Below, piece after piece: positions 58,077 through 64,000 of a DNA stretch of 64,000 bases. The DNA comes from Candidatus Eiseniibacteriota bacterium (GTDB lineage: Bacteria; Eisenbacteria; RBG-16-71-46; JABDJR01): assembly GCA_963762255.1 (NCBI GenBank), contig CAVXKA010000001.1, positions 1,440,001-1,504,000 of the forward strand, given 5' to 3'. Under the pieces are notes generated by a model. The model was not told the origin of the DNA and made no database searches. It was given only the letters and a program-made list of their open reading frames with translations. The first letter of the stretch is position 1; the number at the start of each line of letters is the position of its first letter. Position numbers and translations under genes: made by a program.

Positions 58077-60119
58077 CTAGTCCACGCCGCCGCTCTCGCT
58101 TCTCTGCAGCTCGAGCAGCCGCTCGATCTCCGCCTTCACGAACGGCGTGGGCGGATCCTCGAGCGCGCGGGTGAGGTAATCCGTCGCTTCTTCGGGGCGG
58201 TCCATCAGGCGGTAGAGATAGCCGAGGTGGTAGTAGATCTCCGAGAGATCCGTGCGCTCCTGCTCGCGAGCGAGCCGCAGGGTTCGCAGAAAAGTCTTCT
58301 CCGCCTCCTCGTAGCGATGGAGCCGGACCAGCGTCCAACCGAGGGTATCGAGGTGCCCGGGATCGTCGGGGGTGAGGCGGTTGGCCTTCTGCGCCAGATC
58401 GTTCGCCCGTTCCGGGTTCTCGCCCGCGTCGGCGTAGCTCATGGCGAGGTTGTTGTTGTAGATCGCGTTCTCGGGATCCCGAGTGAGAAGCATCTCGCCG
58501 ATGAAGATGGCGTCGTCGAAACGGCGCACGGTGGCCAGGAAGAGGCTCGTCATCTCCAGGAGTTGCGCGTCGCTCATCCGCGCGGTGTCGGAAGGGGCGA
58601 GCGCGCTGTCCATCTCCACGACACGGCGTAGCGCCGAGTACCCCTGCTCGTCGCGTCCCACCCGCAGGTAGTCCACCCCGAGGCGAAAGAGCACCGCCGG
58701 ATCCGGCTTGGTGATCTGGAGGTAGCGCTCGAGTCGCATGATCGCTTCACCCCGGCGTCCGTCCTCGTCGGCAATGATGCCGAGGCCGAGCTGCGCGCCG
58801 GGAAAATCGGGGTAGGCTTCCGCGCATTCGGTGAACGCATGCCGCGCCTGGTCATTGTGGCCCAGGCGCAACTCCAGCGATCCGAGAACGCACGGGAGGT
58901 TGTCGATCTGCGCCCCCTGGTCGCGCGCCCGCTCGAGAATCTCGACCGCCTCCGCCTCCTGTCCGGGCTGGTCGGCCAGGGTGAGACCCAGGAGACGCAG
59001 CGCGTTGCCGTCCTCGGGATCGAGGGCCAGCGCGCTGCGTAGGCGGCTTTGCCCATCCTCGATGTGACCGCGGCGCAGGGCGCTCGCGGCCAGGTAGTAG
59101 AGCACCTCCGGATCCTGAGGGTTCTCCTGGTTCACACCGGTGAGAAGACTCTCGGCCTCGGCGTCCTTGGACAGAAAGAACTTGGCGATGCCCAGCGCCT
59201 TGCGGTTACCGGAAATCGGATCGTGCGCCGCCGCGTCTTCCAGCACCGGTTCCGCCTTCGCGTACTCGCCGGCCGAGAGGTAGGCGCGGCCGAGTAGCGC
59301 GAGATCGGCGGGATCCTGGCTCTTCGGATCGCGTCCACCGAGAATGAGAATGATCCCCTCGAAGGTCGGGCGGTATGCGTCCTCCAGGGCGAAGGCGCGG
59401 CGGAAGTGAACGAGGGCGGCCGTGGTGTCTCCGCTCGCGGCAAGAATCTGGCCCAGCGCGGCCTGCGATTCGTGGTCGGTCGGGTTCAGCTCCAGCGCGC
59501 GCGTGTACGCGGCGAGGGCGTCGTTCGGACGTCCGGCCATGCGGAGGGCGCCGCCGAGCGCGCGATGCGCATCCGCAACCTCGGGCTCGGCGTCCACGGC
59601 GGCAGTAAAGGCCTCGGCCGCGGCCGGGCCGTCGTTCTTGCGCAGGGCTTGTTCCCCCGCTGCCCAGGCGCGCCGTCCGCGGTCGGTCTCCATCGGCATG
59701 CCCCGCCCGCCGACGTAGCGATCCAGCAGGAGTCGGATGCCCCGCTGCGCTTCCGAGTTGTCGGGGTCGCGGGCGAGAGCCCACCGGTACTGCCTGAGGG
59801 CCTCGGCGGCGGCGGCCCGCACGTCCTTCACCTGGTCGTTTAGGATGCCGGTGGTGAGGGCGCGGGCGAGGAGGATATGCCCCTCCAACCGCTCCGGATC
59901 CATCGCGATGACCCGAGTAAACGCGGCGGCGGCGTTCGCCATGTCGCCCGAGTCGAGGTACAGCTCCCCGTCGAAGATGATGAGATCGACGGCGTCCGAG
60001 TCCGGAGCGGCGGGCGCGCCCTCCAGCGCAAGCGGGATCGACACGTCTTGAGCCGCCAGGGGCGAGGCCGCGGCAGATGACAGCAGCAGGGTGAGGACGA
60101 ACAGGGTTCGAGTGTGCAT
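58077..60119 (-). CDS. Secreted/periplasmic multi-TPR protein
   Basis: Signal peptide; more than 10 TPRs; NNLAMSYA…LDTLGW…EIYYHLG terminal motif. Confidence 0.85.
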   Translation of the reverse strand: MHTRTLFVLTLLLSSAAASPLAAQDVSIPLALEGAPAAPDSDAVDLIIFDGELYLDSGDMANAAAAFTRVIAMDPERLEGHILLARALTTGILNDQVKDVRAAAAEALRQYRWALARDPDNSEAQRGIRLLLDRYVGGRGMPMETDRGRRAWAAGEQALRKNDGPAAAEAFTAAVDAEPEVADAHRALGGALRMAGRPNDALAAYTRALELNPTDHESQAALGQILAASGDTTAALVHFRRAFALEDAYRPTFEGIILILGGRDPKSQDPADLALLGRAYLSAGEYAKAEPVLEDAAAHDPISGNRKALGIAKFFLSKDAEAESLLTGVNQENPQDPEVLYYLAASALRRGHIEDGQSRLRSALALDPEDGNALRLLGLTLADQPGQEAEAVEILERARDQGAQIDNLPCVLGSLELRLGHNDQARHAFTECAEAYPDFPGAQLGLGIIADEDGRRGEAIMRLERYLQITKPDPAVLFRLGVDYLRVGRDEQGYSALRRVVEMDSALAPSDTARMSDAQLLEMTSLFLATVRRFDDAIFIGEMLLTRDPENAIYNNNLAMSYADAGENPERANDLAQKANRLTPDDPGHLDTLGWTLVRLHRYEEAEKTFLRTLRLAREQERTDLSEIYYHLGYLYRLMDRPEEATDYLTRALEDPPTPFVKAEIERLLELQRSESGGVD

Positions 60120-60254
60120 GGGTCGATGATTGTATACCCTCGGGCCGGGGTCGATTCTCCCAAGCCGTGGAGCCGGTCCAGGAATCCTCATCCGGGGCCA
60201 GGGGTATCCGCGGTGCTATAGTGCCGGTTGGACCGTAGGGCGATGAGGGATTGA

Positions 60255-61103
60255 ATGTTGCGTCGATCTATCTGGCTCGTTCTTCTGGGGCTTCTCATGG
60301 CAGGTCGCAGCGAGGCCGCCGGAGGGGACTTCTATGCACGGCTCCGCGTGGACGACGGCCCGGTCGCGGGCCGCTTCACCGTCTACGCCTACTTCCTCGA
60401 CAGCCTCGACACGGCCGTGTCCTCGCCCGCTCCCGGACGGATCCTGCTCCTCAACTTCGGCGAGGCCAACGGGGACAACTCGTTCATCGTGCCGGGCGAT
60501 CTCCACATCCAGGATCGCCGCGGCCGCGCGTGGACCCGCGGTTTCAACACGCTCGAGACGGGTCGGCTGGCGGGCTTTCTGGACAGGGACGAGGCGCGCT
60601 GGGCTCTGTGGTGGGTGCCTGCGGAGGTCGATTCCCTCGTCTGGTCGACGCCCCTCGATCTCTCCTTGTGGTACGGGTTCGGCAAGGCGTCGTTCGCTCC
60701 GCTCAAACCGGAAGACGCGCGCGCCGTGGCCGAGGCGTTGCCCTGGGAGCGCGTCGACACCGTCGAGGTGAGCGCGGATCGCTCGGTCGCCGACCTCGGC
60801 GATGCGATCGACCCGGCCGCGTTCGATGTTCCCCCCTCCGTGCGGGAGCGCGTGAATCCCGTCTATCCGAAATCCGCGCGGCAGTACGATTTCGTCGGCA
60901 CGGTGAACGTCGTCGCGGTGGTGGATGAGCGCGGCGACGTCGCCGATGTCTTCGTGCTGCAGTCGAGCGCGACTCACGACCTGAACGCGGCCGCCCTTGC
61001 GGCGGTGCGGCGATGGAAGTTCAAGGCGGGGACCAAGGGCGGCATGTCGGTCAAGGGCGGGTTCCTGATTCCCGTCAGCTTCGGCCGCGGCTCCGACCGA
61101 TGA
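60255..61103 (+). CDS. Signal-peptide protein with C-terminal TonB domain
   Basis: PVYPKSAR…GTVNV…VDERG…AALAAVRRWKFKAG…PVSF. Confidence 0.8.
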   Translation: MLRRSIWLVLLGLLMAGRSEAAGGDFYARLRVDDGPVAGRFTVYAYFLDSLDTAVSSPAPGRILLLNFGEANGDNSFIVPGDLHIQDRRGRAWTRGFNTLETGRLAGFLDRDEARWALWWVPAEVDSLVWSTPLDLSLWYGFGKASFAPLKPEDARAVAEALPWERVDTVEVSADRSVADLGDAIDPAAFDVPPSVRERVNPVYPKSARQYDFVGTVNVVAVVDERGDVADVFVLQSSATHDLNAAALAAVRRWKFKAGTKGGMSVKGGFLIPVSFGRGSDR

Positions 61104-62473
61104 CGGCCCCGCGCCTGCGCGCCGTTCTGCTCAACCTCGCGGTGGTCTTCGGGTCGGTCTTGCCCGGGAGCGTGCCGTGGACCGCCGCTCAGCCCGCAGA
61201 GGCTCTTCGCGGCGCCGCAGAGGACGTCCCAGCGGCGACGGCGTTTGCAGCCGAGGTCGTCGTCACCGAGGTCGGCTTCGACGCGCGCCTGCGCGTGCGG
61301 CTCTATCACGATCCCGCGTTCGTCAGCGTCCCCGGTTCCGCGGGAACCCTGTTCCTCGTGGCTGCCGACAGCTCCGCCGGGCGCGACGCGTTCTTCATCG
61401 CGTCCGATCTCGCGTTCGAGCTCGGTGATCGCCAGGAATACCGCGTCGAGTTCGAGCAGGCCTCGGATCTCCTCGGCCAGGCGCTGGGCGGCCGATTGCG
61501 GCCGGGTGAGGTGCAGCTCGGATTCGTGCTCGTGCCCTCGGCGGTCGACTTCGCCCGCTACTTCCCCGCGCATCCCGAGTCGGTGGTGGTGCGGTACGCG
61601 AACCACCGGTCTCGTTTTCACCGCGCGGACGCCGCCGAGTCGCTCACCTGGCGCGACGCACTCGCCCCCTCCATTCTCGCCGGCGGGCTGAACGCGTGGT
61701 GGGATTGGACGGTGGCGATGTCCGATGCGCCGGACATGAACGAGGGCGAGAAGCAGTTCTTTCAGGAGCGGCTCTTTCCCGCGCAGGGGCACCTGCTGGT
61801 GGAGGAGGGGATTAACGCCGAGGCGCTGCGCGACGCGATCCTGCGTGTGGGGGAGCGCCGGCTGCTCGAAGGGCCGGCCATCCAGCGCGTCGCGCCCCGC
61901 TATCCCGCCGCGGCGCGGCAGCTCGGAGTCGGAGGGCTCGTCATCGCGCTCTGCTACGTCGATGAAGCGGGCGAGGTGGCGGACGCCGTTCTGCTCGCTT
62001 CCAATACCGCCCACATGCTCAACCTCTCCGCGCTGAGTGCGGCGATGGAGTGGCGCTTCCCGCGCCGGCGCGACCAGAGCGGGGTGTTCAGCGACGGATG
62101 GAGGCTCCTCCCCTTCCAGTTCAAGCTCGCGGCGTCCGCGGCCGCCGATTCGACAGCGGCCGCGAGCGGGGACTACGTCCCGCCGCGCATCGTTCGATCG
62201 GTGGAGCCCGAGTACCCGGAAGCCGCGCGCAAGCGCCGCATCGAGGGGACGGTCATCTACCGGGCCACCATTGCCGCGGATGGGAAGCTGATCGAGGCAT
62301 TGCTGGAAGCGGGCGCGCACGAGTTGCTGAATCAGGCGGCATTGGAGGCGCTGGAGCGCATGCTCTTCATTCCCGCCAGCCGCAACGGCAGGGCGGTACA
62401 GGGGCAGATCAGCGTGCCGTTCACGTTCGGAGCGCCGAAGGAAGAGAAGAAGAAGAACTGGAAGACGGACTGA
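61100..62473 (+). CDS. Protein with two tandem TonB C-terminal domains
   Basis: PRYPAAARQLGVGG…WRF and PEYPEAARKRRIEGTV…FIPASRNG…VPFTF. Confidence 0.8.
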   Translation: MTAPRLRAVLLNLAVVFGSVLPGSVPWTAAQPAEALRGAAEDVPAATAFAAEVVVTEVGFDARLRVRLYHDPAFVSVPGSAGTLFLVAADSSAGRDAFFIASDLAFELGDRQEYRVEFEQASDLLGQALGGRLRPGEVQLGFVLVPSAVDFARYFPAHPESVVVRYANHRSRFHRADAAESLTWRDALAPSILAGGLNAWWDWTVAMSDAPDMNEGEKQFFQERLFPAQGHLLVEEGINAEALRDAILRVGERRLLEGPAIQRVAPRYPAAARQLGVGGLVIALCYVDEAGEVADAVLLASNTAHMLNLSALSAAMEWRFPRRRDQSGVFSDGWRLLPFQFKLAASAAADSTAAASGDYVPPRIVRSVEPEYPEAARKRRIEGTVIYRATIAADGKLIEALLEAGAHELLNQAALEALERMLFIPASRNGRAVQGQISVPFTFGAPKEEKKKNWKTD

Positions 62474-62512
62474 CGGCCGCAGCGGGACCCGGCGGGCGCG
62501 CTCCCGCGACGC

Positions 62513-63649
62513 TCAGCTCAGCGGAACGCGGACCCACAGGGACCACTTGTCCACTCGCGGCAGCCCCCAGCCTTGAGGAATGGAAGCGTAGTCGAGCCCG
62601 CCCAGCCGGAAGAGCGACAAGCCCATTCCCTGGGTCCATGCCTCGATGCCGCCGCTCTCGTCGTGCACGTAGCCAACGCGCAAGGCGATGTAATCGAGGA
62701 GGCGCAGTTCTCCACCCACGCTCAGAATGATGTCGTGCCGTTCGAGATAGCTCAGCCGGTCCGCGACCGAGTCCGGGAGATCCGATGAGATCAGGCTCTT
62801 CTCGAACCCCATCGCGACGGATGCGCCGAACACGCTCGTGTCGCGGATGAGGGAGCTTGGACCGGCCCCTTGGAACCAACCACCCTCGGCCACGGGGAGC
62901 GCGGAGAGATCGAACCCGACCGCGGCCCGGAGGTTCCGGGGCAAAGGGTCGCCATCTCCCCAGCCGGTGGGGTTGATGTTCGAGCCGAGATTCTTGACCG
63001 TGACTCCGGCCAGGACGTTCGTCTTGACCTGACCCGGCTCGCCCACGCTCACCGGGAATCGTCCGAGCGCGCCGAGATCGAACGCAACGGACGATCCCTC
63101 AGCGTCTTCGAGTCCCAACTGGTTCTCGATCGTTTCGCTGACCCCGTTCAAATAGTCGACCTTTACGTTCTTGACGCCGAAACCGATCCCCACCCGCCGG
63201 CCGATCTGCAGGGCCGTGGCCACGCCGAAGACGTGTTCGTATGATGAGAAAGTCCCGAGTTGGGTCGAAGAACCGTCGGTGAGCTGAGACTCTCCGTAAT
63301 CCAACCGGGTGAAATTGAAGTCAAACGTCATCGGCAGGTGTTTCAGAAGCGCGACCTGCATCGACGCAGTGCCGTAGTAGTAACGGACTCCGCCGTCGCT
63401 CGGGCCCTCCCTGAGCCGGGAGTAGGTGGCCGCGCCCTGCACGCCGTCGGCGAAGGCCAGCCCCCCCACGTTGCCCCAGGCGGCCATGGGCCCTTGGTCC
63501 AGCACGTAGTAGGCCCGCCCCATACCCTCGCTGCGGGCGCCAGGTGGGATCTGAAGAGAAAAGGCCCCGGCCATTGATCCGGCTTCCGCGGCGGAACCGG
63601 TCCATAGGAGCGCCAGAGTCAACCCGAAACCAAGTCGAGATAAGCGCAT
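62513..63649 (-). CDS. PorV/PorQ-family outer-membrane beta-barrel
   Basis: AFSLQIPPGARSEGMGRA…WGNVGGL, RLDYGE…GTFSSYE, LRVGYVHD, DYASIPQ. Confidence 0.75.
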   Translation of the reverse strand: MRLSRLGFGLTLALLWTGSAAEAGSMAGAFSLQIPPGARSEGMGRAYYVLDQGPMAAWGNVGGLAFADGVQGAATYSRLREGPSDGGVRYYYGTASMQVALLKHLPMTFDFNFTRLDYGESQLTDGSSTQLGTFSSYEHVFGVATALQIGRRVGIGFGVKNVKVDYLNGVSETIENQLGLEDAEGSSVAFDLGALGRFPVSVGEPGQVKTNVLAGVTVKNLGSNINPTGWGDGDPLPRNLRAAVGFDLSALPVAEGGWFQGAGPSSLIRDTSVFGASVAMGFEKSLISSDLPDSVADRLSYLERHDIILSVGGELRLLDYIALRVGYVHDESGGIEAWTQGMGLSLFRLGGLDYASIPQGWGLPRVDKWSLWVRVPLS

Positions 63650-63758
63650 GTCCGTCACGGCAAGCCCCCCTCCACGCGAAGGTCCGATCACCGCCTCCAA
63701 CACCTGCCGCGCGCTCGCAGTTCCCGGGTACCCGCTCAGCCCAGTGCGGCCGCGGGGG

Positions 63759-64000
<242 letters not shown>

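Overview
High-GC bacterial chromosomal window, densely coding (about 45 CDS), with no rRNA, tRNA, CRISPR array, transposase or integrase seen. Two PorV-family genes, T9SS-type C-terminal domains, LpxH and a DUF4384-like protein suggest a diderm of the wider FCB radiation (Eisenbacteria/Krumholzibacteriota/Latescibacterota-like; inference). Most of the window is envelope, proteolysis and housekeeping genes: M6, S8, M16, M23, two HtrA and two CPBP proteases, AmiC-like amidase, CopA, ZnuABC, beta-CASP RNase, an SbcCD-like pair, dCMP deaminase, PLD, rhodanese, two TonB-C proteins and the 3' end of thiC. The most unusual part is the first 6.1 kb. A small secreted pro-peptide-like gene with a duplicated GDPDAF motif precedes a 1032-aa TPR-GAF-sigma54 activator. 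Then come two ATAAA-N5-TTTAT-type palindromes, an IHF-like site, a -24/-12 promoter, a structured leader, an orphan AAA+ ATPase, about 370 nt of back-to-back G-U-rich hairpins and an intrinsic terminator. A 20-nt leader segment is complementary both to a local arm and to the 3' end of the ATPase gene. I propose this as a candidate RRNPP-like peptide-sensing sigma54 circuit controlling an ATPase plus a structured RNA; this is inference and untested. Several frameshifts at 49-53 kb look like assembly indels. All family assignments are from motif recognition by eye, not database searches.
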